A stretch of 64,000 bases of DNA from Eledone cirrhosa (Eukaryota): positions 1 to 64,000 of the forward strand of contig CAXHJY010000442.1 in NCBI GenBank assembly GCA_964016885.1, read 5' to 3'. Of this stretch, positions 14,601 through 29,100 are shown piece by piece. The translations under genes and the position numbers were made by a program. The notes under the pieces were generated by a model. That model did not search any database. It had not been told where the DNA came from and worked only from the letters and a program-made list of their open reading frames with translations. Positions within the stretch are counted from its first letter, which is position 1. Each line of letters begins with the position of its first letter.

Positions 14601-17150
14601 ATAGAATTCATAAACTTGCTAAAATTCCTAAAATACATAAAAATTCCTAAAATTCCTAAAATTCCTAAAATTTAAAAAATTCCTAAAATTCCTAAAATTC
14701 CAAAAATTCATAAAAATCCTAAAATTCATAAAGTTCACAAAATTCATAAAATTCCTAAAATTCCTAAAATTCCTTAAAATTCCGAAAATTCCGAAAATTC
14801 CAAAAATTCCAAAAAATTCCTAAAATTACTAAAATTCATAAAATTCAAAAAATTCAAAAAAATTCTTAAAATTCCTAAAATTCATAGAAATTCCTAAAAG
14901 TCCTAAATTCCTAAAATTCCTAAAATTCATAAAATTCATAAAATTTATAAAATTCCTTAAATTAAAATTCGTAAAATTGTAAAATTCATAAAATTCATAA
15001 AATTCCTAAAATTCATAAAAATTCATAAAATTACGAAAATTCGGAAAAATTCCTAAAATTCCTGAAATTCCTAAAATTCCTAAAATTCCTAAAATTCCTA
15101 AATTCCTAAAATTCATAAAATTCATAAAATTCATAAAATTCATAAAATTCCTAAAATTCCTAAAATACATAAAAATTTCGAAAATTCCTAAAATTCCTAA
15201 AATTCAAAAAATTCCTAAAATTCATAAAATTCCTAAAATTCTAAAATTCCTAATATTCCTAAAATTCCTAAAATTCCCAAAATTCCCAAAATTCCTAACA
15301 TTCCAAAATTCCAAAAATTCATAAAAATCCTAAAATTCCTAAAATTCCTAAAATTCATAAAATTCATAAAATTCCTAAAATTCCTAAAAATTCCTAAAAT
15401 TCCGAAAATTCCAAAAATTCCAAAAAATTCCTAAAATTCCTAAAATCCTTAAAATTCCTAAAATTCCTAAAATTCATAAAATTCCTAAAATTCCTAAGAT
15501 TCCTAAAATTCCTAAAATTTATATAATTCAGAAAAATCCTAAAAATTCATAAAATTCAAAAAATTCAAAAAAATTCCTAAAATTCCTAAAATTCTTAAAA
15601 TTCCTAAAATTCCTAAAATTCCTAAAATTCCTAAAATTCATAACATTTCTAAAATTCGTAAAATTCATAAAATTCATAAAATTCATAAAATTCCTAAAAT
15701 TCCTAAAATTCCTAAAATTCATAAAATTAATAACATTCATAAAATTCCTAAAATTCCTAAAATTCCTAAAAATTCATAAAATTCCGAAAATTCCAAAAAA
15801 TTCCTAAAATTCCTAAAATTCTTAAAATTCCTAAAATTACTAAAATTCCTAACATTCCTAAAATTCCTAAAATTCCTAAATTCATAAAATTCCTAAAATT
15901 CCTAAAATTACTAAAATTCGTAAAATTGTAAAATTCCTAAAATTCCTAATATTCCTAAAATTCCTAAAAATTCATAAAATTACGAAAATTCGGAAAAATT
16001 CCTAAAATTCCTAAAATTCCTAAAAATACATAAAATTCCGAAAATTCAAAAAAATTCCTCAAAATTCCTAAAATTCCAAAAATTCATATAATTCATAAAA
16101 TTCCTAAAATTCCTAAAATTCATAAAATTCATAAAATTCATAAAATTCCTCAAATACATAAAAATTCCTAAAATTCCTAAAATTCCTAAAATTCAAAAAA
16201 TTCCTAAAATTCCTAAAATTCCAAAATTCCTAAAATTCCTAAAATTCCTAAAATTCCCAAAATTCCAAAAATTCCTAAAATTCCTAAATTTCATAACATT
16301 TCTAAAATTCATAAAATTCATAAAATTCCAAAAATTCCTAAAAGTCCTAACATTCATAAAATTCCAAAAATTCATAAAAATCCTAAAATTCATAAAATTC
16401 ATAAAATTCCTAAAATTTATAAAATTCATAACATTCATAAAATTCCTAAAATTCCTAAAATTCCTAAAAATTCCTAAAATTCCTAAAATTCTTAATATTC
16501 CTAAAATTCCTAATATTTATAAAATTCCTAAAATTCCTAAAATTCCTAAAAATACATAATATTCCGAAAATTCATAAAATTCATAAAATTTATAAAATTC
16601 CTAAAATTAAAATTCGTAAAATTGTAAAATTCATAAAATTCATAAAATTCCTAAAATTCATAAAAATTCATAAAATTCTTAAAATTCATAAAATTCCTAA
16701 AATTCCAAAAATTCCTAAAATTCATAAAATTCCTAAAATTCCTAAAAATACATAAAATTCCGAAAATTCAAAAAAATTCCTCAAAATTCCTAAAATTCCA
16801 AAACTTCCTAAAATTCCTAAGATTCCTAAAATTCCTAAAATTTATATAATTCATAAAATTCAGAAAATTCCTAAAAATTCATAAAATTCAAAAAATTCAA
16901 AAAAATTCTTAAAATTCCTAAAATTCATAGAAATTCCTAAAATTCCTAAAATTCATAAAATTCCGAAAATTCATAAAATTCATAAAATTTATAAAATTCC
17001 TAAAATTAAAATTCGTAAAATTGTAAAATTCATAAAATTCATAAAATTCCTAAAATTCATAAAATTCATAAAATTCCTAAAATTCCTAAAATTCAAAAAA
17101 ATTCCTAAAATTCCTAAAATTCTTAAAATTCCTAAAATTCCTAAAATTCC
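8610..17150. repeat. Near-tandem higher-order duplication of about 4.34 kb (8610-12810 ~ 12950-17150)
   Basis: ORF-track pairs 9799/14134, 10100/14435, 11193/15528 and 11857/16193 have offsets of 4335-4336. The marker 'ctaaatatcc...ctaacaatacat' occurs at 8731 and 13073. Confidence 0.9.
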
Positions 17151-20100
17151 TAAAATTCATAACATTTCTAAAATTCGTAAAATTCATAAAATTCATAAAA
17201 TTCCTAAAATTCCTAAAATTCCTAAAATTCCAAAAATTCATAAAAATCCTAAAATTCCTAAAATTCATAAAATTAATAAAATTAATAACATTCATAAAAT
17301 TCCTAAAATTCCTAAAATTCCTAAAAATTCATAAAATTCCGAAAATTCCAAAAAATTCCGAAAATTCCTAAAATTCTTAAAATTCCTAAAATTACTAAAA
17401 TTCGTAAAATTCATAAAATTCATAAAATTCCTAAAATTCCTCAAATTCCAAAAATTCATAAAATTAAAATTCCTAAAATTCAAAAAGTTCATAAAATTCC
17501 TAAGATTCCTAAAATTCCTAAAATTCCAAAAATTCCTAAAATTCCTAAAATTCCTATAATTCATAAAATTTATAAAATTCCTAAAATTACTAAAATTCGT
17601 AAAATTCCTAAAATTCATAAAATTCCTAAAATTCCTCAAATTCCAAAAATTCATAAAATTAAAATTCCTAAAATTCAAAAAGTTCATAAAATTCCTAACA
17701 TTCCTAAAATTCCTAAAATTCCAAAAATTCATAAGATTTATAAAATTATTAAAATTCCTAAAATTCCTAAAATTCATAAAATTCATAAAATTTATAAAAT
17801 TCATAAAATTCATAAAATTCCTAAAATTCCTAAAATTCATAAAATTCATAAAATTCATAAAATTCATAAAATTCATAAAAATTCATAAAATTACGAAAAT
17901 TCCAAAAAATTACTAAAATTCATAAAATTCAAAAAATTCCTAAAATTCTTGAATTTCATAAAATTCCTAAAATTCCTAAAATTCCTCAGATTCCTAAAAT
18001 TCATAAAAATTCATAAAATTACGAAAATTCCAAAAAATTACTAAAATTCATAAAATTCAAAAAATTCCTAAAATTCTTGAATTTCATAAAATTCCTAAAA
18101 TTCCTAAAATTCCTAAGATTCCTAAAATTTATATAATTCAGAAAATTCATAAAATTCCTAAAGATTCATAAAATTCATAAAATTCATAAAATTCATAAAA
18201 ATTCATAAAATTCCAAGAAATTCAAAAAATTACTAAAATTCCCAAAATTCCTAAAATTCCTAAAATTATTAAAATTCATAAAATTCATAAAATTCATAAA
18301 ATTCATAAAATTCATAAAAATTCATAAAATTCCGAAAATTCAAAATAATTCCTAAAATTCCTAAAATTCTTAAAATTCCTAAAATTCATAAAATTCATAA
18401 AATTCATAAAATTCCAAAAATTCCTAAAATTCCTAAAATTCCTAAAATTCCTAAAATTCCTAAAAATACATAAAATTCCGAAAATTCAAAAAAATTCCTC
18501 GAAATTCCTAAAAATACATAAAATTCCGAAAATTTAAAAAAATTCCTCAAAATTCCTAAAATTCCTAAAATTCCTGAAATTCCTAAAATTCATAAAATTC
18601 ATAAAATTCCTAAAATTCCTAAAATACATAAAAATTCCTAAAATTCCTAAAATTCCTAAAATTCAAAAAATTCCTAAAATTCCTAAAATTCCTAAAATTC
18701 CTAAATTCCTAAAATTCCTAAAATTCCTAAAACTCCAAAAATTCATAAAATTCATAAAATTCATAAAATTCATAAAATTCATAAAATTCATAAAATTCAT
18801 AAAATTCATAAAATACATAAAAATTCCTAAAATTCCTAAAATCCCTAAAATTCAAAAAATTCCTAAAATTCCTAAAATTCCTAATATTCCTAAATTCCTA
18901 AAATTCCTAAAATTACTAAAATTCCTAAAATTCCTAAAATTTATATTATTCCTAAAATTACTAAAATTCGTAAAATTTTAAATTTCATAAAATTCATAAA
19001 ATTCATAAAATTCCCAACATTCCTAAAATTCCTAAAATTTATAATTCATAAAATTCCTAAAATTCATAAAATTTATAAAATTCCTAAAATTACTAAAATT
19101 CGTAAAATTCCTAAAATTCCTAAAATTCCAGAAAATTCCTCAAATTCCAAAAATTCATAAAATTAATAAAATTCCTAAAATTCAAAAAGTTCATAAAATT
19201 CCTAAGATTCCTAAAATTCCTAAAATTCCAAAAATTCATAAAATTCATGAAATTCAGAAAATTCCTAAAAATTCATAAAATTCCAAGAAATTCAAAAAAT
19301 TCCTAAAATTCATAAAATTCTTAAAATTCCTAAAATTCCTAAAATTCCTAAAATTCCCAAAATTCCAAAAATTCCTAAAATTCCTAAAATTATTAAAATT
19401 CATAAAATTCATAAAATTCATAAAATTCCCAAAATTCCAAAAATTCCTAAAATTCATAAAATTCATAAAATTCATAAAATTCCCAAAATTCCAAAAATTC
19501 CTAAAATTCATAAAATTCATAAAATTCATAAAATTCATAAAATTCATAAAATTCATAAAATTCATAAAATTCATAAAATTCATATAATTCATAAAATTCA
19601 TAAAATTCATAAAATTCATAAAATTCATAAAATTCATAAAATTCATAAAATTCATAAAAATTCAAAAAATTACGAAAATTCCAAAAAAATTACGAAAATT
19701 CCTAAAATTCAAGAAATTCAAAAAATTCCTAAAATTCTTGAATTTCATAAAATTCCTAAAATTCCTAAAATTCCTAAGATTCCTAAAATTCCCAAAATTT
19801 ATATAATTCATAAAATTCCTAAAAATTCATAAAATTCATAAAATTCATAAAATTCCTAAAAATTACTAAAATTCCAAGAAATTCAAAAAATTCCTAAAAT
19901 TCCAAAAATTCCTAAAATTACTAAAATTCCGAAAATTCTTAAAATTCCTAAAATTCCTAAAATTCCTAAAATTCCAAATATTCCTAAAATTCCTAAAATT
20001 CATAAAATTCCTAAAATTCCTAAAATTCATAACATTTCTAATGTTCCTAAAATTCATCAAATTCCAAAAATTTCTAAAATTCCTAAAATTCCTAAAATTT

Positions 20101-23100
20101 AAAAAATTCATAAAAATCCTAAAATTCATAAAATTAATAAAATTCATAAAATTCCTAAAATTCCTAACATTCCTAAAATTCCTAAAATTCCAAAAATTCA
20201 TAAGATTTATAAAATTATTAAAATTCCTAAAATTCCTAAAATTCATAAAATTCATAAAATTTATAAAATTCATAAAATTCATAAAATTCCTAAAATTCCT
20301 AAAATTCATAAAATTCATAAAATTCATAAAATTCATAAAATTCATAAAAATTCATAAAATTACGAAAATTCCAAAAAATTACTAAAATTCATAAAATTCA
20401 AAAAATTCCTAAAATTCTTGAATTTCATAAAATTCCTAAAATTCCTAAAATTCCTCAGATTCCTAAAATTCATAAAAATTCATAAAATTACGAAAATTCC
20501 AAAAAATTACTAAAATTCATAAAATTCAAAAAATTCCTAAAATTCTTGAATTTCATAAAATTCCTAAAATTCCTAAAATTCCTAAGATTCCTAAAATTTA
20601 TATAATTCAGAAAATTCATAAAATTCCTAAAGATTCATAAAATTCATAAAATTCATAAAATTCATAAAAATTCATAAAATTCCAAGAAATTCAAAAAATT
20701 ACTAAAATTCCCAAAATTCCTAAAATTCCTAAAATTATTAAAATTCATAAAATTCATAAAATTCATAAAATTCATAAAATTCATAAAAATTCATAAAATT
20801 CCGAAAATTCAAAATAATTCCTAAAATTCCTAAAATTCTTAAAATTCCTAAAATTCATAAAATTCATAAAATTCATAAAATTCCAAAAATTCCTAAAATT
20901 CCTAAAATTCCTAAAATTCCTAAAATTCCTAAAAATACATAAAATTCCGAAAATTCAAAAAAATTCCTCGAAATTCCTAAAAATACATAAAATTCTGAAA
21001 ATTCCTAAAATTCCAAAAATTCCTAAAATTACTAAAATTCCGAAAATTCTTAAAATTCCTAAAATTCCTAAAATTCCTAAAATTCCAAATATTCCTAAAA
21101 TTCCTAAAATTCATAAAATTCCTAAAATTCCTAAAATTCATAACATTTCTAATGTTCCTAAAATTCATCAAATTCCAAAAATTTCTAAAATTCCTAAAAT
21201 TCCTAAAATTTAAAAAATTCATAAAAATCCTAAAATTCATAAAATTAATAAAATTCATAAAATTCCTAAAATTCCTAACATTCCTAAAATTCCTAAAATT
21301 CCAAAAATTCATAAGATTTATAAAATTATTAAAATTCCTAAAATTCCTAAAATTCATAAAATTCATAAAATTTATAAAATTCATAAAATTCATAAAATTC
21401 CTAAAATTCCTAAAATTCATAAAATTCATAAAATTCATAAAATTCATAAAATTCATAAAAATTCATAAAATTACGAAAATTCCAAAAAATTACTAAAATT
21501 CATAAAATTCAAAAAATTCCTAAAATTCTTGAATTTCATAAAATTCCTAAAATTCCTAAAATTCCTCAGATTCCTAAAATTCATAAAAATTCATAAAATT
21601 ACGAAAATTCCAAAAAATTACTAAAATTCATAAAATTCAAAAAATTCCTAAAATTCTTGAATTTCATAAAATTCCTAAAATTCCTAAAATTCCTAAGATT
21701 CCTAAAATTTATATAATTCAGAAAATTCATAAAATTCCTAAAGATTCATAAAATTCATAAAATTCATAAAATTCATAAAAATTCATAAAATTCCAAGAAA
21801 TTCAAAAAATTACTAAAATTCCCAAAATTCCTAAAATTCCTAAAATTATTAAAATTCATAAAATTCATAAAATTCATAAAATTCATAAAATTCATAAAAA
21901 TTCATAAAATTCCGAAAATTCAAAATAATTCCTAAAATTCCTAAAATTCTTAAAATTCCTAAAATTCATAAAATTCATAAAATTCATAAAATTCCAAACA
22001 TTCCTAAAATTCCTAAAATTCCTAAAATTCCTAAAATTCCTAAAAATACATAAAATTCCGAAAATTCAAAAAAATTCCTCGAAATTCCTAAAAATACATA
22101 AAATTCCGAAAATTTAAAAAAATTCCTCAAAATTCCTAAAATTCCTAAAATTCCTGAAATTCCTAAAATTCATAAAATTCATAAAATTCCTAAAATTCCT
22201 AAAATACATAAAAATTCCTAAAATTCCTAAAATTCCTAAAATTCAAAAAATTCCTAAAATTCCTAAAATTCCTAAAATTCCTAAATTCCTAAAATTCCTA
22301 AAATTCCTAAAACTCCAAAAATTCATAAAATTCATAAAATTCATAAAATTCATAAAATTCATAAAATTCATAAAATTCATAAAATTCATAAAATACATAA
22401 AAATTCCTAAAATTCCTAAAATCCCTAAAATTCAAAAAATTCCTAAAATTCCTAAAATTCCTAATATTCCTAAATTCCTAAAATTCCTAAAATTCCTAAA
22501 ATTCCTAAAATTCCTAAAATTTATATTATTCCTAAAATTACTAAAATTCGTAAAATTTTAAATTTCATAAAATTCATAAAATTCATAAAATTCCCAACAT
22601 TCCTAAAATTCCTAAAATTTATAATTCATAAAATTCCTAAAATTCATAAAATTTATAAAATTCCTAAAATTACTAAAATTCGTAAAATTCCTAAAATTCC
22701 TAAAATTCCAGAAAATTCCTCAAATTCCAAAAATTCATAAAATTAATAAAATTCCTAAAATTCAAAAAGTTCATAAAATTCCTAAGATTCCTAAAATTCC
22801 TAAAATTCCAAAAATTCATAAAATTCATGAAATTCAGAAAATTCCTAAAAATTCATAAAATTCCAAGAAATTCAAAAAATTCCTAAAATTCATAAAATTC
22901 TTAAAATTCCTAAAATTCCTAAAATTCCTAAAATTCCCAAAATTCCAAAAATTCCTAAAATTCCTAAAATTATTAAAATTCATAAAATTCATAAAATTCA
23001 TAAAATTCCCAAAATTCCAAAAATTCCTAAAATTCATAAAATTCATAAAATTCATAAAATTCCCAAAATTCCAAAAATTCCTAAAATTCATAAAATTCAT

Positions 23101-26100
23101 AAAATTCATAAAATTCATAAAATTCATAAAATTCATAAAATTCATAAAATTCATAAAATTCATAAAATTCATAAAATTCATAAAATTCATAAAATTCATA
23201 AAATTCATAAAAATTCAAAAAATTACGAAAATTCCAAAAAAATTACGAAAATTCCTAAAATTCAAGAAATTCAAAAAATTCCTAAAATTCTTGAATTTCA
23301 TAAAATTCCTAAAATTCCTAAAATTCCTAAGATTCCTAAAATTCCCAAAATTTATATAATTCATAAAATTCCTAAAAATTCATAAAATTCATAAAATTCA
23401 TAAAATTCCTAAAAATTACTAAAATTCCAAGAAATTCAAAAAATTCCTAAAATTCCAAAAATTCCTAAAATTACTAAAATTCCGAAAATTCTTAAAATTC
23501 CTAAAATTCCTAAAATTCCTAAAATTCCAAATATTCCTAAAATTCCTAAAATTCATAAAATTCCTAAAATTCCTAAAATTCATAACATTTCTAATGTTCC
23601 TAAAATTCATCAAATTCCAAAAATTTCTAAAATTCCTAAAATTCCTAAAATTTAAAAAATTCATAAAAATCCTAAAATTCATAAAATTAATAAAATTCAT
23701 AAAATTCCTAAAATTACTAATATTCATAAAATTCATAAAATTCATAAAATTCCTAAAAATTCATAAAATTCCGAAAATTCCTAAAATTCCTAAAAATTCA
23801 TAAAATTCCGAAAATTCCAAAAAATTCCTAAAATTCCTAAAATTCCTAAAATTCCAAAAATTCATAAAATTCATAAAATTCCTAAAATTCCTAAAATTCC
23901 TAAGATTCCTAAAATTCCTAAAATTCTTAAAATTCCTAAAATTCCTCAAATTCCTCAAATTCCTAAAATTCATAAAATTTCTAAAATTCATAAAATTCAT
24001 AAAATTCCTAAAATTCCTAAAATTCCTAAAATTCATAGAAATTTCTAAAATTTCTAAAATTCAAAAAATTCCTTAAATTCCTAAAATTCCAAAAAATTCC
24101 TAAAATTCCTAAAATTCTTAAAATTCCTAAAATTACCAAAATTCATAAAATTCCTAAAATTCCTAAAATTCCTAAAATTCCTAAAATTCCTAAAATTCCT
24201 AAAATTCCTAAAAATACATAAAATTCCGAAAATTCAAAAAAATTCCTCAAAATTCCTAAAATTCCTAAATTCCTAAAATTCCTAAAATTCATAAAATTCC
24301 TAAAATTCATAGAATTCATAAACTTGCTAAAATTCCTAAAATACATAAAAATTCCTAAAATTCCTAAAATTCCTAAAATTTAAAAAATTCCTAAAATTCC
24401 TAAAATTCCAAAAATTCATAAAAATCCTAAAATTCATAAAGTTCACAAAATTCATAAAATTCCTAAAATTCCTAAAATTCCTTAAAATTCCGAAAATTCC
24501 GAAAATTCCAAAAATTCCAAAAAATTCCTAAAATTACTAAAATTCATAAAATTCAAAAAATTCAAAAAAATTCTTAAAATTCCTAAAATTCATAGAAATT
24601 CCTAAAAGTCCTAAATTCCTAAAATTCCTAAAATTCATAAAATTCATAAAATTTATAAAATTCCTTAAATTAAAATTCGTAAAATTGTAAAATTCATAAA
24701 ATTCATAAAATTCCTAAAATTCATAAAAATTCATAAAATTACGAAAATTCGGAAAAATTCCTAAAATTCCTGAAATTCCTAAAATTCCTAAAATTCCTAA
24801 AATTCCTAAATTCCTAAAATTCCTAAAATTCCTAAAATTCATAAAATTCATAAAATTCCTAAAATTCCTAAAATACATAAAAATTTCGAAAATTCCTAAA
24901 ATTCCTAAAATTCAAAAAATTCCTAAAATTCATAAAATTCCTAAAATTCTAAAATTCCTAATATTCCTAAAATTCCTAAAATTCCCAAAATTCCCAAAAT
25001 TCCTAACATTCCAAAATTCCAAAAATTCATAAAAATCCTAAAATTCCTAAAATTCCTAAAATTCATAAAATTCATAAAATTCCTAAAATTCCTAAAAATT
25101 CCTAAAATTCCGAAAATTCCAAAAATTCCAAAAAATTCCTAAAATTCCTAAAATCCTTAAAATTCCTAAAATTCCTAAAATTCATAAAATTCCTAAAATT
25201 CCTAAGATTCCTAAAATTCCTAAAATTTATATAATTCAGAAAAATCCTAAAAATTCATAAAATTCAAAAAATTCAAAAAAATTCCTAAAATTCCTAAAAT
25301 TCTTAAAATTCCTAAAATTCCTAAAATTCCTAAAATTCCTAAAATTCATAACATTTCTAAAATTCGTAAAATTCATAAAATTCATAAAATTCATAAAATT
25401 CCTAAAATTCCTAAAATTCCTAAAATTCATAAAATTAATAACATTCATAAAATTCCTAAAATTCCTAAAATTCCTAAAAATTCATAAAATTCCGAAAATT
25501 CCAAAAAATTCCTAAAATTCCTAAAATTCTTAAAATTCCTAAAATTACTAAAATTCCTAACATTCCTAAAATTCCTAAAATTCCTAAATTCATAAAATTC
25601 CTAAAATTCCTAAAATTACTAAAATTCGTAAAATTGTAAAATTCCTAAAATTCCTAATATTCCTAAAATTCCTAAAAATTCATAAAATTACGAAAATTCG
25701 GAAAAATTCCTAAAATTCCTAAAATTCCTAAAAATACATAAAATTCCGAAAATTCAAAAAAATTCCTCAAAATTCCTAAAATTCCAAAAATTCATATAAT
25801 TCATAAAATTCCTAAAATTCCTAAAATTCATAAAATTCATAAAATTCATAAAATTCCTCAAATACATAAAAATTCCTAAAATTCCTAAAATTCCTAAAAT
25901 TCAAAAAATTCCTAAAATTCCTAAAATTCCAAAATTCCTAAAATTCCTAAAATTCCTAAAATTCCCAAAATTCCAAAAATTCCTAAAATTCCTAAATTTC
26001 ATAACATTTCTAAAATTCATAAAATTCATAAAATTCCAAAAATTCCTAAAAGTCCTAACATTCATAAAATTCCAAAAATTCATAAAAATCCTAAAATTCA

Positions 26101-29100
26101 TAAAATTCATAAAATTCCTAAAATTTATAAAATTCATAACATTCATAAAATTCCTAAAATTCCTAAAATTCCTAAAAATTCCTAAAATTCCTAAAATTCT
26201 TAATATTCCTAAAATTCCTAATATTTATAAAATTCCTAAAATTCCTAAAATTCCTAAAAATACATAATATTCCGAAAATTCATAAAATTCATAAAATTTA
26301 TAAAATTCCTAAAATTAAAATTCGTAAAATTGTAAAATTCATAAAATTCATAAAATTCCTAAAATTCATAAAAATTCATAAAATTCTTAAAATTCATAAA
26401 ATTCCTAAAATTCCAAAAATTCCTAAAATTCATAAAATTCCTAAAATTCCTAAAAATACATAAAATTCCGAAAATTCAAAAAAATTCCTCAAAATTCCTA
26501 AAATTCCAAAACTTCCTAAAATTCCTAAGATTCCTAAAATTCCTAAAATTTATATAATTCATAAAATTCAGAAAATTCCTAAAAATTCATAAAATTCAAA
26601 AAATTCAAAAAAATTCTTAAAATTCCTAAAATTCATAGAAATTCCTAAAATTCCTAAAATTCATAAAATTCCGAAAATTCATAAAATTCATAAAATTTAT
26701 AAAATTCCTAAAATTAAAATTCGTAAAATTGTAAAATTCATAAAATTCATAAAATTCCTAAAATTCATAAAATTCATAAAATTCCTAAAATTCCTAAAAT
26801 TCAAAAAAATTCCTAAAATTCCTAAAATTCTTAAAATTCCTAAAATTCCTAAAATTCCTAAAATTCATAACATTTCTAAAATTCGTAAAATTCATAAAAT
26901 TCATAAAATTCCTAAAATTCCTAAAATTCCTAAAATTCCAAAAATTCATAAAAATCCTAAAATTCCTAAAATTCATAAAATTAATAAAATTAATAACATT
27001 CATAAAATTCCTAAAATTCCTAAAATTCCTAAAAATTCATAAAATTCCGAAAATTCCAAAAAATTCCGAAAATTCCTAAAATTCTTAAAATTCCTAAAAT
27101 TACTAAAATTCGTAAAATTCATAAAATTCATAAAATTCCTGAAATTCCTCAAATTCCAAAAATTCATAAAATTAAAATTCCTAAAATTCAAAAAGTTCAT
27201 AAAATTCCTAAGATTCCTAAAATTCCTAAAATTCCAAAAATTCCTAAAATTCCTAAAATTCCTAAAATTCCTAAAATTTATAAAATTCCTAAAATTCCTA
27301 AGATTCCTAAAATTCCTAAAATTTATATAATTCATAAAATTTATAAAATTCCTAAAATTACTAAAATTCGTAAAATTCCTAAAATTCATAAAATTCCTAA
27401 AATTCCTCAAATTCCAAAAATTCATAAAATTAAAATTCCTAAAATTCAAAAAGTTCATAAAATTCCTAACATTCCTAAAATTCCTAAAATTCCAAAAATT
27501 CATAAGATTTATAAAATTATTAAAATTCCTAAAATTCCTAAAATTCATAAAATTCATAAAATTTATAAAATTCATAAAATTCATAAAATTCCTAAAATTC
27601 CTAAAATTCATAAAATTCATAAAATTCATAAAATTCATAAAATTCATAAAAATTCATAAAATTACGAAAATTCCAAAAAATTACTAAAATTCATAAAATT
27701 CAAAAAATTCCTAAAATTCTTGAATTTCATAAAATTCCTAAAATTCCTAAAATTCCTCAGATTCCTAAAATTCATAAAAATTCATAAAATTACGAAAATT
27801 CCAAAAAATTACTAAAATTCATAAAATTCAAAAAATTCCTAAAATTCTTGAATTTCATAAAATTCCTAAAATTCCTAAAATTCCTAAGATTCCTAAAATT
27901 TATATAATTCAGAAAATTCATAAAATTCCTAAAGATTCATAAAATTCATAAAATTCATAAAATTCATAAAAATTCATAAAATTCCAAGAAATTCAAAAAA
28001 TTACTAAAATTCCCAAAATTCCTAAAATTCCTAAAATTATTAAAATTCATAAAATTCATAAAATTCATAAAATTCATAAAATTCATAAAAATTCATAAAA
28101 TTCCGAAAATTCAAAATAATTCCTAAAATTCCTAAAATTCTTAAAATTCCTAAAATTCATAAAATTCATAAAATTCATAAAATTCCAAAAATTCCTAAAA
28201 TTCCTAAAATTCCTAAAATTCCTAAAATTCCTAAAAATACATAAAATTCCGAAAATTCAAAAAAATTCCTCGAAATTCCTAAAAATACATAAAATTCCGA
28301 AAATTTAAAAAAATTCCTCAAAATTCCTAAAATTCCTAAAATTCCTGAAATTCCTAAAATTCATAAAATTCATAAAATTCCTAAAATTCCTAAAATACAT
28401 AAAAATTCCTAAAATTCCTAAAATTCCTAAAATTCAAAAAATTCCTAAAATTCCTAAAATTCCTAAAATTCCTAAATTCCTAAAATTCCTAAAATTCCTA
28501 AAACTCCAAAAATTCATAAAATTCATAAAATTCATAAAATTCATAAAATTCATAAAATTCATAAAATTCATAAAATTCATAAAATACATAAAAATTCCTA
28601 AAATTCCTAAAATCCCTAAAATTCAAAAAATTCCTAAAATTCCTAAAATTCCTAATATTCCTAAATTCCTAAAATTCCTAAAATTACTAAAATTCCTAAA
28701 ATTCCTAAAATTTATATTATTCCTAAAATTACTAAAATTCGTAAAATTTTAAATTTCATAAAATTCATAAAATTCATAAAATTCCCAACATTCCTAAAAT
28801 TCCTAAAATTTATAATTCATAAAATTCCTAAAATTCATAAAATTTATAAAATTCCTAAAATTACTAAAATTCGTAAAATTCCTAAAATTCCTAAAATTCC
28901 AGAAAATTCCTCAAATTCCAAAAATTCATAAAATTAATAAAATTCCTAAAATTCAAAAAGTTCATAAAATTCCTAAGATTCCTAAAATTCCTAAAATTCC
29001 AAAAATTCATAAAATTCATGAAATTCAGAAAATTCCTAAAAATTCATAAAATTCCAAGAAATTCAAAAAATTCCTAAAATTCATAAAATTCTTAAAATTC

